From NCBI GenBank assembly GCA_036172245.1, contig JAYWIR010000012.1, positions 2,046,001 through 2,110,000 on the forward strand: a stretch of 64,000 nt of DNA, in the 5' to 3' direction. The position numbers and the translations under genes are program-made. The notes below the pieces were generated by a model. It had not been told where the DNA came from, did not search any database, and saw only the letters and a list, made by a program, of their open reading frames with translations. The DNA comes from Raillietiella orientalis. Taxonomy: Eukaryota. Each line of letters opens with the position of its first letter. Within the stretch, counting starts at the first letter, position 1. Positions 1 through 16,259 of the stretch are shown here, in pieces.

Positions 1-499
1 AGCTGAAGTCAGTCCATCGCAGCCGGTTGCTCTGTGGGCGAGGAGTCTTATGGGCGCACACCATGGTGCTGTCCAATATTTTGCCGCGAAGGCAAGTTTT
101 CTTAGTTGGAGCTGACGCTCCATGCGCTCCAACGTCAGGATACCAAGTCCACCGTCCCTGCGTGGAGCGCACATATCGTTAAGTCTGACGCGGGGCCTCT
201 GGTTATCCCAAAGGGCTTTCCTGATGAGGCCTCTTGTCCGTGTCCTAATTTGGAGAGGGGCGGGGCACACAAAAAGTAGAGGGCGAAGGAGGGGGGCCGC
301 AAAGGCGTTCCACACCGCGCCCGTTCCCGCAAGTAAAACTTGCTGTCCCGGAACCGGCCGATCGCTAACTCCACCTTTTGAAGACGGTCGGACGAGGCTT
401 CATAACTCTGAAAGAAAAGAGCAGTCTATAAAAAAAAGGAAAGCTGCAGAAGAGCCTTTCTGATTAACACACTAATTTTTGTGGTAAGAACATTCCCGA

Positions 500-1963
500 G
501 AAGGGTGGTTCCTTGATAAGCACCATCTCTTATCGTGTGCTCTCATGAAGAATAACACTACTGTCACAGTGAAATCATCGAACAAGTGGTTACCGCAGGC
601 ATCGCTGAAGTAACGGTCAAGCACATGACACAAAGATGTTCTTGATTCACAATACAGTGACAGAATACACCTCCTGGATTTTGGACACCAAACTTCAAGT
701 TTTCTTAAGTTAAGCTACAAGACCTCTGATTCAGACAACCACCACCAATTGCGGGTGGTAGTCTTCACATCTGCTTGGACAGCTCCATGCTTTTTCGCGC
801 ACTCCAGCACACGGCCCACACTTAGTTTGTGCACCAAGTATTCTCATGTAATCATCAACGAAACTATGCTCCTGCTGTCGGTGCCTCCTTGGAGTGCTCA
901 GTGTGGCGCGGTACGATCGAGAGATCTCGCGCCTCATCCTGAAGTGTGATACCCTTCTGTAGCTTGGAAAGAGTTCGTTTCTTTGCCATAGTTAGGCTCG
1001 CCACGTCCCAAAGTGGCGACGACTCTGTGGTGCCTCAGGCATTCCCGTGGTAGCACGTCTGAGGGCAAAACTCCAAGGAGAAAAGGATGCAATACTTTTG
1101 CCGACTGCCATGGTGGTGCACTGAACCAGCCAGGGGCTTCTCCTGACCGAGAAAAACATGAAAGACATCGCACTACCTTCGGCATAAGAGCACTGCAGAG
1201 AGAGCACACGTGACAATCCCTCAGTCAAGGGAGAGCCTTGCAGTGCGTGGGCACGCATCACGCCTCAAGCTCCTTCCTCACGAACGGAGACTACCTGAGG
1301 TTCCAGGACTACAGATTCATCCACCCAACCCGGCTAAACGTCCTACCAATCAGGGTCGGGACCAGGGTGGAAGCAGAGGGACGCTCACTTCGGCACTGCC
1401 GGACGGAAGAAAAAACTCTGCCTCGCATCTAGAACCGATGCAAGAAGCACTTTCGTCTGTCCACTGGGCGACATGACGCGATCCAGGAGATGACCAGGAT
1501 GGCTGCGGTGGATGAGGCAAAGTGGACTCTAGTGTCCACCAGCCAGAGAGCTCCAGGAACGGAATCCCTCCTGAGAACAGATCTAGTACTGAGGAAAGGA
1601 CATCGAACAGTAGTGCCGGACATCTGCTGCCCGTTCGATGGTGGGAAAGAGGCGTCCAGCACAGCTAGGAGGGACAAGCTGGAAAAATATAAGGGAGTAT
1701 CCCTCCCGCTAAGCAAGGAAGGGAAGCAATGCAGGGTACATGCTCTCATCATTGGTTCACTGGGATCCAGATAACGAGGAAGTGCTCCAGGATCTTGAAG
1801 TTCCTGAAAAGCACTCGGACAGGATGAGGCACCGGATGGTGGTTTCGTGCCTCTGGTACCCCAAGGACACCTACGCAGCCCACGTCACGGGAGGAACAGC
1901 ACGAGAAACGGAAACTCAGATACAGCCGGAAAATCCCAGTGATCAGTTCTCGCGGGACGGAGG
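500..1963 (+). mobile_element. Decayed RLE-type non-LTR retrotransposon, Utopia/NeSL-like (copy A): RT remnants plus C-terminal zinc knuckle and restriction-like endonuclease
   Basis: 1223-1900 translates to QGRALQC..ASSSFLTNGDYLRFQDYRFIHPTRLNVLP..RHCRTEEKTLPRI*NRC..RHDAI..LRTDLV..VPDICCPFD..ARRDKLEKY..VHALIIGSLG[frameshift]WDPDNEEVL..KDTYAAHVTG. This matches the Utopia C-terminal pattern (RFADWRFIHRARLN, CRxC..ETLPH..C, RHNAI, RPDLV, GALGSWDP, RDIYVEHITG). Weaker RT-like remnants upstream (NNTTVTV ~560; RSRDLAPHP ~915). 5' boundary approximate. Confidence 0.85.
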
Positions 1964-4900
1964 ACAAGACATCGAGGAAGCTGCATCAGGTCAGTGCATC
2001 ACCACTTTGAGCACCTCTTGAGTTCTCCCTCGAAATTCCTCCATGCAGATCATGTATTCCATTTTTTTTTTGTCCCCATTGTGAAATCAACCTTCCCCCT
2101 GAGCTGGAACTGCAGCAGCAGTGAATGACGGTTTGAAGATCACACGCATTTGTTTTCCTCCTCCGAGCATCACCAGTAATATTTTTGAACTATTCACGCT
2201 TTGTGGTAAAATGTATCAGTGTGAATGCCCTGCACTTTTCCTTAGGCGAAACAGATTTACAGAGGATTTAGGGACATGAGCACCTTTGTCACTTGTCCGT
2301 GCAGAAAAATTCCATAGTTGAAGAACAGTCCTGAACTGTTGCATTTTAAAATCCTCTTGAAGGAGCTAAAACATTCACGGGACAAACTACACGAATTATA
2401 GTATACTTTTTACGTATGCCTTTAAACTCACGACTCTCAAAAACACATCCTGTGAAATGGAGGGCATTCCTATGTAACCTAAATTTATTCACGATGCATT
2501 TTCATTGTCTATCTCTAAATGCGAGGCGCCATCATTTTAGTACGTTTTTATCAGCAAGTGTTAGCGAAGAATTCATTCACAGTTTCAGAAAAGTTTCTAG
2601 GGTCTCACAAAAAGACTTCGCGGAGGTTGCTTAACGTTGTCGTGGACCATAATCCCAAGCAAACCCAAGATCGATGTAACCATCTAGGATGCTTTTGTCG
2701 ATCTATCCTTCTATCCACATTTACACGTATTTGCGGATGTATTGTAAAAAGAGGCATTCAAATAGATTGGATATTTTATTTTCGTAATAAATCTTCAAGA
2801 AACACACACTTGAACAAATTTAAGAAGGGAATCTTCCTACTGATTCAAAGTGTGCCTTTGAGTTTATTCATTTTTATCGATTGGATTTGTTTAGAACAGA
2901 AAGTCAATCTTATTCCAATGGAGATGCTGGCTAACTTCACGTTAATCTAAGGGACCACGAAACACTGATCCAATCGGGATGGACATTCTGGATTAATGTG
3001 TTTTTGCATAGACAAGCGCTTTCTTCATCTGAATTAGTAAGGGATAAACTGGAAGCAGGAGAAGAGCTTAAATTTGCATTAATTGAACACGACGGGACAG
3101 GAAGGTAATCACTGTTGCCAACCGAAAAATCAACAAAACCAGTTAAATAGATCATACACCTCCCATATGGGACGCGCTATGCTTCAAATTTCAAAAAGCT
3201 TTCTAATCCGAGATATCGACATTCTTCAGGATACAAAATAAATTAACTTTTGCTGCAATCAGTTTCCCAGAATCGTTCTCTCATTTGATGGCCGTTCTAT
3301 TTCGAAGTGAATGAACTCTTTCCAACTAGAAAGAATTGAATGCTTTTACCAACTAAGAAAATGGAGAGAAAATCAGAACACTGGACAATTTCTTTTTATT
3401 CCCTGGCTTGTCTGCTTCTTTGAAAATCCTTCGTTGCAGAAAGGCATCGTTTACCCCCAAAAGCGTTACTGTCATGAAGTTCCAAATAAAGCAGTTTGAT
3501 AAGGTATTGCACAAGGGCTATAGCATTAGGACTTAACTGATACGTAGAAAGAACATACTTTTTATTGTATCGGGAAACGTTTCCAAGCATTTGGGATCCC
3601 TGCTTCGTGCTCGGTTAGATTTTTGCAGGCCTTGCTGCAGGTGACTTCCATTGCTTGGCATAAAACCAAAACGTAATCTGAGTTGCGATGCATCCTTTGG
3701 ATCATTTACTGTTTGCCTCCTTCCCTTTACCGTTACTTCTGCCTCCCGCATTCGATCTTTAATCCCGAAAGTGCTTGGAAAACATTTGCTTTTGTAATGA
3801 ATGAAATACAGCCATGAGTTAGCCGCAGCCTCCTTGATGCAGATTACCCAAGCTTAACAGAGCAAATACATTCTTGCACGAGAAAGGTCTGCTGAGTGCA
3901 TTCCTCCTTAAACAAGAAAGAAAAAAAAGAGATAAAAAAAAAAAAACGTAGAGCATGGTTTCAAGCTTGAACTTTACGAGAAGCGTTTTATTTTTTTTTT
4001 TTAATTTCCTCCTCCGAAATGCACATTTTCAAAGTTTTTTGTCTAAGAGGTATTTCTTTGAATTAGCAGTGTGCATTTGTAAAATGGAAACAAAGTATGT
4101 ACGTGGACCTGCAAAGATAAAAGAGTTTGATGGACACAAAACTGAAAAAGTAGAAACACTGAAAATGGACAAAATAAGTAGCAACATTAAGAATTCGGGA
4201 AGGAAACGTGGAGAGCAAATTGATCACGAGAGAGGAACCAGAAAACATAGGTGACCTGCAAGCATATGGACCACATGAAATTTTAGAGCTTGCATTAATT
4301 CTTTGAACTTCACTTAAATTTTTATTTTGCAAATAAAAATTTCTTGTACTAAGTGTTCAGTCAACACGTATAAAACTAGCATTTGATGGAGGAGTAGCCT
4401 TATGCACATGCAGTAGGCAAACATTCCCCAAGGGTTCACTAAGGTAGTGAGCAATAGATGCATTGCCAAAAATGAGCAAATTGTAAAAAAAGATTATTTC
4501 GTCAAAAAAGTGTGCACAGCATTCCGATAAAAACAAAATTTTTTATTTCGGAAGTTTCACAAGAGAGAAAAAAGAAAGTTTCCTAAAATTTTCAGTCCCT
4601 GCTCACTGTGGCATGATAAAACATCCGTGCTTCAAACCTGTAGTTGTAGAAAATCTTCAGTTTTCCCCCTTCGGGTTGAACAGAGATTGAGCAGTCTCAT
4701 ACTGATGCAGATGTTGCTTCTGAAATACATGTTCCTTTTGTAAGTTTCAGAAAGTTCAGTGCATCAACATTAAATCTTTCCAAGCTTTATCAACAATTTA
4801 TCCCACAACTGGCTTCAGAAAATTCACAAATCTTTAGCACGTCCTGCGATTACTACTATTTGGTCATAAGCTTCTTATAAACATAAAAATCCCATCACTG

Positions 4901-6246
4901 ATTCTCTGAATCTTAATACAATGTTCATCATCACTTTTATCGTAAATTTTTTTCAAGGAACTTGGCAATTTACCTCATAGATAACAAGAGCAGGGGAAAA
5001 TTTGTTCACTATGTTGTTCAGTCTAGAGGTTTCCTGTAAAACTTCGCAGTGCACACCGTATTTATGGACGAAAGGTATCATCCTTTTCCAATTTCTTTAA
5101 TTTATCATCACTTTCAGAGAGGAATTTACTGAGTTTTATGGTACCATAGATAATAGCTCAGTCCTCTCTTCATGCCGATTAATAACTTCCTTTCTGCCTT
5201 TTGCTCTTGTGTCAGCTATTTCATCTGCTATTGCTCTTCGTATATAATTGCGAAGTGTTGCAAGATGTTAATCAAACTTTACCTGGCTGACCCCCAAGTA
5301 CGAAATAGGAATGTTGGTACAACGGTCGAAACAGAAGGAATCCTGCTCATAAATCCGTGTATTCTTTGCAGATGTAAAGTGCGAGAATGAGTCAGTACCC
5401 TCTTCAGCCTTCTGAGAACTGTTTCAGAAAGAGTGGTAGCTTCGTAGATCTTAAGTTTTTTTATGAGACTTTATTTCAAGTTGGTAGTTGAAAAACCTGC
5501 TTGTCATGTAAATGGGTATCTTCTTGTGAGTGGATGAAGCGAAAGATATCTTGCTGCTATTTATTTAATCGCTCATTCAGTTTTTTGTAAAATCAGTTTG
5601 AATTAATATAGATGCAAAATTCATCCAGCAATAGATTCATTATAGAAAGGGGCTCACATACGGATTCACATCCAACACGCAATATTATTTCTTGATATAG
5701 GCGATTTTTGCTTTATATTTCAAATTATGACATCGAAGGTACCGTTTCGTGATGTGCTATCGCTTAAATGACTCTTGGTAACAACTCGTTCCTCTGTATT
5801 TAACTGAACATATATTAAAAATTTAGTTTCATATGTGATCCATCTATTCCATTAAATTAGATAATTTCTATTGGGAAATCAGAAAATGCATCAGAAAATT
5901 TTTAGGGAGATGCTTCTGCAAGAGGGCATTTTCCTCCACAGTATCCAATTTCTGTAGACCAATTTTTTATTTGAAAGAATACGGCAAAAGTCTATCAAAT
6001 ACTCAAAATGGAAAAAATCTATGAAATCACTTTGTATCTCAGCTTAGAAATAAGCATTCTAAAAAGGCACGTATATGTTTGCAAGTTTTTTTTTCTTAAT
6101 TTTTTAAATTTAATATAGGTGCTTTTTCTTTATCGCTCTTTCGGTGCTTAGGATCGTGGTATGCCTTGATGCAAAACGTCGGCACACTACTTAACGTTGG
6201 TAAACAGGCTGCAAACGTCTGCAAAAATAGCGTAGTGCAACGTAGC

Positions 6247-7011
6247 ATGTACCAACAACTGGAAGAATTGTGGGGCGCCGATGATGATCTCAGTCTTTTG
6301 GACAGCAATGTATTGATCGTGGAGCCTAGCCTCACGTCCTCTTCCTTTGTAGTTTGTAGTGCCTTGTCAAGGAGTTTGAAAAGGAACCACAGAATTGTGA
6401 TATATACTTTGGATCATTCGTTTACGTATTACTGTAATTTGATGAAGAAATTCGGACAAGATTTAATGGCAGCAAGGTGTTGTCAAAATTTAATTTTCAT
6501 AAACGGCGCGGACATGGCCCTTAAATCTGTGGATTTGAACAGCTTGAACTCTCCTCCATTCATTAAAACTTCGGATTGTGCAAAACAATTTGCCATAGAA
6601 TTTCATCAAATTGTAGCATCGTTGGGTGAAAACAATACGCCAGTCACGTGCGTTATTGAAAATTTTAATTCTTTTTTGAACTTGGGGTGCAGTGTTGCGT
6701 CCTTGGATATTTTTCTAAAATGCACATTAGAATTTAATCTCAGAGGAGAAAACAAAATTTTAGCAGTAATGAAAGATATCCCTGAAAACGAAAAATCAAC
6801 ATTACTATTAGGACAGATGAAACGCTTGTTTGACGCCCATATATACGTAAATGAGATAAAGAATGAACGAAGTCAAAAAGTTTCAGGTGGAATAGATGTT
6901 ATTGTTTTACCTGATTTTAAAACATCTTTTTGGGTTCTGCAACCCCCCAAAAAATTCCAGTATGAAATATCATCTAATTTTTGTAAATTGAAGAGTCAAA
7001 ATTCTCTATAA
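6247..7011 (+). CDS. ELP6: Elongator complex protein 6-like, single exon (~254 aa from ATG 6247; ORF open from 6166)
   Basis: MYQQLEELW..SSSFVVCSALSRSLKRNHRIVIYTLDHSFTYYCNLMKKFGQDLMAARCCQNLIFING parallels the ELP6 N-terminus (MFVELNNLL..GSFLVHHFL..ALIQSFSHY..KLG..L..AR..GQLVFLEG). It is an uninterrupted ORF in AT-rich DNA. Start choice is inferred. Confidence 0.8.
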   Translation: MYQQLEELWGADDDLSLLDSNVLIVEPSLTSSSFVVCSALSRSLKRNHRIVIYTLDHSFTYYCNLMKKFGQDLMAARCCQNLIFINGADMALKSVDLNSLNSPPFIKTSDCAKQFAIEFHQIVASLGENNTPVTCVIENFNSFLNLGCSVASLDIFLKCTLEFNLRGENKILAVMKDIPENEKSTLLLGQMKRLFDAHIYVNEIKNERSQKVSGGIDVIVLPDFKTSFWVLQPPKKFQYEISSNFCKLKSQNSL

Positions 7012-8405
7012 GATGCAAGGAAGGATGTGCTTATTTATTGGGTGTTTTTTATTATATAGTGATTTATTTTGGTGTTTTGTAAAAGCACTTTGTAAAAGTT
7101 GATTACAAATTTTCACTTAAGGAGAGTGCAAATTTGAGCGGATTCAAGATCAAGTGCTATGCAACAAGTTACATTCTAGCGTGGAACCTGTGTTTATTAC
7201 TTTTTGGAGCTATTAAGCATGTATAATGTTGCTTGCAGAATGTTATGCACATTATATTTTCAGTTTCAATGCCTTAAACAGTATGTTTATCATGGGATCG
7301 AATTCATGATTGTGTATGGGGTAATTTTAATGTACAGTCATCATTCAATTCTTTGCAGATGTTAAAACTAGAGCCAAACGATAGTTCATATTCAGTGTCT
7401 GTGGTAGAATCTGTGTATATGTTCATTCACGATTTAAAGTTGCTTTGAATAAATGTTTGGGAACCTCATGCAATTCTTGAATGCCTCAATATCCATGCCC
7501 TAAGTTGAATCCTAGATGCAATGATACAAATAATTATTTATAACATGATGTATACATATGGTTACTTGAAGCTGTAGGATCAAAACTTTTTGTGTGATTT
7601 AATGCTTAGCACCTGAAATGCTGCTCATGAAATGTTTTTATTAGTAAACAGAATGGCTTACATTGCACAAATCTAATGCATGATGGAATCGATAACAAAA
7701 TAAAAAATTTCGGTTCTTGTTGAAGCTGATGATCAATAATGATGTCTTTATTTTGTAAATAAAAGCTAATTTTTGGAAATAAGTGTAAGCTAATTTGTTC
7801 AGATTTCTCTGACACAGCAAATGCCAGAGTCCTGTGGATTTGAGTTGCAACTTGGTTGTTATACATTTCATAGTTTTTTTTTTCCATTTATTTCAAGACT
7901 ATAGGTGCACTATCAATTATGCATATATTAGTAATTTTTGGTGTAAACTCTAATTATAGTGCATACATACATACATATGTGTATATCTATGTATGTATAC
8001 ATACATATACATGTATGTATGTATGCATTATAATTAGTTTCCACAAAAAATTATTTAGCTTACCAGCTTTTCAGGCATTACCCAATTCTGAAAATGCAGT
8101 TTATATATATCTGCATCTGTAAAGCTTTTACATTTAAAAAGCATCACTTTTATTTTGTTTTGTTGAAATGCATGGTTTCAAGCAATTTGTAGAATATATG
8201 TGTTTTTTTGAAACAAAATTCATCGACCTCTATAGTGAATGTTTTGATTGTGTATAATGTGTGTGTAATTGTTTTGATTGTCTATAATGTTTTGTTTTAG
8301 AGTTTTTTGGAATTATTCATATCTCTGATATGTGCTTTTAGATTCTTATATCTTGATTTTTAATTGTATACAAAGATAATAGTTTATTCTCATTATTCTT
8401 GGAAA

Positions 8406-11664
<3,259 letters not shown>

Positions 11665-12241
11665 TTGAAAGCATGGACATGAATACATTGAGGATGATCA
11701 TCACCTTTAGATATTTGGGGCAGAAACCTGTGAAGTTGGATTGTTTACAATTACAAGAAATGTCGACACTTTGAATGCTGATAAAACTTCTGTAATAGCT
11801 CTTGCATTTAAACATTTTTCTTTGTTTTTTACATTTAACAGATGATTTTGATAGAAAATATTCAGGAGACAAATGTGAAGAGATCATGTAGATGAAAGAA
11901 AGTGCTTTCTTTGCATTCATTACATGAGATTTGTGTTAATTTAAAGCGTTCTGTAGACGAAACCATGCAAATTGAAAAAAAAAAAAAAAAAGACATACCA
12001 GAAGAAAGCGGCTGAAGCATCTGACAAGTAGTAGTTTCGATGTTTGATTTCATTATATGGGAACCAGCCCCCAATTGGAATCTGTGAGATCTCCTCCATA
12101 CAAAGGAAATCTTTTAAGCATTTCTTGATTTTGCGTGTAGTTTTAAAGTTTAATCAGGCCGGCGATGATTCGTTGGTTTGCTTATCAGCTGCTTCACCAG
12201 GTTCCACGATATAATCCGTGTAAGTAAATCTATCGTGAAGT

Positions 12242-12285
12242 GTAGGTCAAGTCCAACATTTTTTCAAATGTTGGACTTGACCTAC
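12242..12285. repeat. Perfect 20-bp inverted repeat with 4-nt loop
   Basis: gtaggtcaagtccaacattt-tttc-aaatgttggacttgacctac. Confidence 0.95.
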
Positions 12286-13430
12286 GCACCTTGACCTGGA
12301 CTTTGCCTCGAAAGCAGGAGTTAAAGAGGGTGGAGATTATTTAATACGATTCCAACAATTTTTCCTAATCTAGGCAGGAAATTTGTTGGCATTTAGAATG
12401 CGGAATGATCAGTAAGTACCATGCAAACGCCAAATGATTTTCAACCAACGTCAAAACTTCATAATTGATGCTCCCCACGATTTCCGATTGCTCCAGGGTG
12501 GTGCATGTCCTAACTCGGAACGCTTGTTGGGCGCTGTTCTGCTCTTCCGGTAAGGACGAGACGGTCCGGAATTCCCAGTCAAGTTTACCGAATTCAATTT
12601 GTGTACATTTCAAGTACTTGTATCCTATTGGTAGTACCATCTCGCCCGCTATCTTATAATGTTTACGGCAAATTTCAGTTGCACTCTTGAAGGCCTTCTC
12701 CTGAAATGCCACCTTTATCCCCGATTGTGTTGCTGCTGACTTCGCAGGACTTGGCCTAGTGAAGTAAAGAACCCAAAGTCGTGTACAAATCTCCCCCTTC
12801 TTTTTCTTTCATCAAGTGAGTTTGCAGGACCGCTTCATTATTAGCTGAATATTATAATGCAAGGACTAATTGCTCACAAGAGCCATTTATTTGAAATGTT
12901 TAACATCAGTCGAGATGCCTTCAAGTGACTTGATGGCACTAATGGGTTTGGGGAAACTTTTGGGCAATATGGACAGGAAATAGTACACGCAGTTTCCCCA
13001 TATTTTTAATCGAGACGATAACCTTGCATCATGCATTCATTTTCGCTTAGGCTTAAATTTTTTGTAAAAAAAAAAGGGGGGGGGAGGGAGTGTGCATAAT
13101 TTCCATTTTCGAGTAAGTTGATGCAGTATTTTTGGTGAACGCTTTTTCCTGTTTGGTTTTCGTTTTCAGTGAACACCAATCGCTCAAGAACGATTTCAAG
13201 TTGAGTGGTTCGTGTACCACATGCAGAAACGAATGTAACCCCGCGGCAGTGGCAGCCGGCATTTCGCTAGGAAGTAATCTGACTCAGTGATATGTGTGGG
13301 GACCGATTTCACATGTGCGTGCTTGATTTTTTACAGAACATGCAATAAATACACTACTTGGGATGCGTATGTTGGTCAGTGCTGGCAAAGTGAGCGTATG
13401 CTGGAGCAGCGAAGGGAACGACAACAAAAA

Positions 13431-14230
13431 TTTTTTTTTTTTTTTTTTTAATGATAGATGCAGCACTGATCATGCTCAAGAAACGCGCGGAATCTTCCAA
13501 GTGTTGCCAAGTTTTCCACTGTCTGTTTGCTGCCCCGGTATGCAGGTAGCAGTTCCCGAATTAATGGGATTTACGACTGGGACTTGCAGGGTGCTGGAAG
13601 GGGGGGCTCAAGAACGAGCTGTTTATACGATGGGAGCTACGGTAGAGGCGACCGCGCACGACGACGGCCCTGGAGACGGGACCAAAGCAGGCCACGCTGC
13701 TGTAGGAGTCTGTTGATGGCTTCGAAGTTCCCCGCATCGACAACCTGTGCATTCCTTCCAGCCATGTTCCGCGTGGTTTTTTTTTTTTTTTCTACCTGCC
13801 GCTTTCCATTTGTTCCTGCACCCGATGCTAGGAGGTGGAGCGCGGTGCGGATCCGAAACAGGCGATTTCAGGATCTCCGGAACGGCACTTCTCTCTCAGT
13901 GGCCCGAGATGTTCGGGAAGGTGCCGCGTGCCCTCATTCCGTGGTGGAACAGCGTTGCCACATCCCGGGTTTTCTATAGGCTCGCCTGGGTGGGGAAGAC
14001 GCGCGTGCGGGCTCGAATAAATCAGAGAGCCTTCTGGATCATGCTGTTGACAAATGGGGGTGCTATTTTCTTCCGGAAAGGCCAGACCTTCCTCTTGCCC
14101 GCTGGCGTGCACAACTGTTGGAACCAAGGATGGGGCTATCAGGCACCCACCTGGGATTTGCAAAGACCCGAGGGCTTCTCCCCTGTCGGCGAAGAAAATT
14201 TTCCAGCTTCCCGAGCTTCGTCTACTCGAG
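13431..14230 (-). mobile_element. Decayed 3' end of an R2/NeSL-like non-LTR retrotransposon with poly(A) tail
   Basis: Minus-strand translation gives FIRARTRVFPTQASL*..GTFPNISGH* (cf. R..LPT..ETL.HI.GHC) and EAINRLLQQRG / AVVVRGR. T19 at 13431-13449 on + would be the poly(A) tail. 5' boundary approximate. Confidence 0.55.
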
Positions 14231-15090
14231 TCCGTCAGCGCCAGGTAGCGAAACTTCCATTTTTCTTATAGCAGAAGAACTCTCGGTGGGTCTTTCCAGT
14301 GACGCTTGTTCATCCCAGTCAGAGAGCAGAGAGGAGGAGGAGGAAGAGAAGACACGGGACGATTTTGGTGCAAAGCGAACGGTCAGGGAAGATGGCGTTC
14401 CGCACCGCTTCCAGGACGCCGTGGTTCGACGGGAGACCGGACTTTTCGCACGCACTTGAATCAATAATGTCGTTTGCTACACGGATCCCCCCGTTTGGGA
14501 ATTTTCGAGCCTTGCAGGTCCACGGGACGTAGGAACGAGGCTTTTGCAAGCGGAGCACGGATGCAGTTATTCATTAAATCATCCACTCCCCCCCCTCATG
14601 CTTTCCGCCGCCATGCCTATTTGATCCTCAAATCAGGTGGGAATTCGGCAAAGGAATCGCGGAGGACTTGGAGAAATAACGGTGCATGGGGGGAATTCCA
14701 CAGGCTCCGGGAGCGAGCGACGACGCTTGCGCTTCGAAGGAAGGGAAAGGATGCTGCCCCTCGGATCAGCCGACAAGCAGAAAAACCGGGGTAGGCCTGC
14801 GATCCCGGTCCAAGATACGCAGAAGGGGGAAACGAAGTTGAAAACCGGGAAAATTTTAGGGAGCCGAGCGGTCGTTCGAAGGGGTTCCGAGAGATCGTTC
14901 TCAACAGGATCATTTTCTTCCGGATCTTCAGGAGACAACCGTGTGTACCTAGAGCAAAGAAGGAGGGAAACAGTTAACAAAGTGCGCTCTCGGGGTGGCA
15001 CACATTCTCCTTCGAGGAACCCCTAGGGAAGTGTCCCCACCTCAGTGATGGGATCTCTCGGTCAACAAGGTCTTGAAGGTACCGAAGGTC

Positions 15091-15154
15091 TGCCGGATGC
15101 CACTTCCCTCCTCGAGTGCAGTTGCCCACTCGAGGAGGGAAGTGGTACCCGGCA
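15091..15154. repeat. Hairpin: perfect 19-bp stem (15100-15118/15127-15145), 8-nt loop, extendable to ~28 bp
   Basis: ccacttccctcctcgagtg-cagttgcc-cactcgaggagggaagtgg, flanked by tgccggatg / tacccggca. Confidence 0.93.
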
Positions 15155-15349
15155 GCATCCGGTACACCCCCGCCTGACCTGCCAGGGGCATCGGGTGAGG
15201 TCACCCCTAGCAACCCTCCAGCTGCGGCTAAAGACGGCACCGAACGGACTGCCTGAGAAAACTCGAAAAGACGTCCAGATTGCGCGGAGTTTGCCTCCCG
15301 GCAGTGTGCAAAAAGACCCACCGGGGGCGTTATGTGTTCCTCATTGGCG

Positions 15350-16030
15350 AAACAATTCTTCAAGATAGGGAGTACCCCGGGAGGGGATCACCCAATGAAT
15401 CAAGAAAGGGCCCGGAGTCCGCTCCTCTCACACCTGGGGGGGGATCCTCGGAATAGAGATCCCCTCCACCCTGCTTGTCTCCGAAGAGAAACCCTGGAGG
15501 AAATCACATTCCTTATTCTCTCTGGAGGGACTCCAGGGGGAGATCGCTCCATTTTTTCTTCTCTGGAGGGAATTTGCAAGAGAACCGCTCCTATTTTTAC
15601 TCCTCTGAAGAAAACTCCGAAGGGACGCTTCCAAAATTCAAAAGGGCGCTGTTTCCCCGAAGGGATCGGCACGCTTCTCTGCACTCTCTGGAAAGGTGAT
15701 GACGACACACCGACTCCATCAGTATGCCACGGAAGGTCCCCCGGGAATGAGGGGTCTTCCTCTTCACAACCGAAGGGAAGCTTTCACCCCTTAATTCCTG
15801 GAAGGACCCGGAGGTCGACTCTGATTGTCCCGGACCTCATCGGGGGCATCCGATTTCAACTGCTACCGGTGCTGCACCCGAATGAATAGAGGCCAACCAG
15901 CATCATCTTTCGGGAAGTAGTCGAACCCATGACTCACCTCAATCTCTCGGCGTGGATTCTTTGGCCGAGAATTCGAACCTGCGACGTTTGGTGCTACGCG
16001 CGGAGACCGTAACCACATGGACTCTGGCAC
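15350..16030 (-). mobile_element. tRNA-headed SINE-like element, copy 1
   Basis: Minus-strand head gtggttacggtctccgcgcgtagcaccaaacgtcgcaggttcgaattc has a Pol III B-box (GGTTCGAAT). A second B-box-like gggttcgac follows. The body is shared with copies at ~26.1, 37.4, 45.1, 50.3 and 60.8 kb. Confidence 0.75.
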
Positions 16031-16259
16031 GGGCTCATAACATTACCGAGCACCTGGGATGACAGGGACAATTGATCACCGGTCCTCCTCGACGCTCACC
16101 TCTGCTCACGGGTGAGGGAGGAAAGGGGGAGGGTCGAATTCGTGACAGGAGTTTCTATCCTTATTCGGTATGCCTCAGGATAGAATTCGACTCGGCCCGG
16201 TTCTCAAGAAATGTCCGGTCCCACGGGACAGTTGAAGGCCCCAGAGGGCTAAGTAAGAA

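Noticed and set aside
205..330. Hammerhead-like CTGATGAG with a gcctct/agagggc stem
   Set aside because: The core reads GAAG rather than GAAA, and no convincing stems I/III or NUH site can be formed. At best a degenerate relic. The CTGATGA hits at ~31545 and ~62404 fail likewise.
7960..8027. 17-bp hairpin between ELP6 and CBS
   Set aside because: Arises from (TACA)n/(TGTA)n microsatellite low complexity.
15332..15889. Duplicated ORF ending GGIRFQLLPVLHPNE (also 45510-45701)
   Set aside because: Antisense translation of the SINE core; the frame is not conserved among copies.
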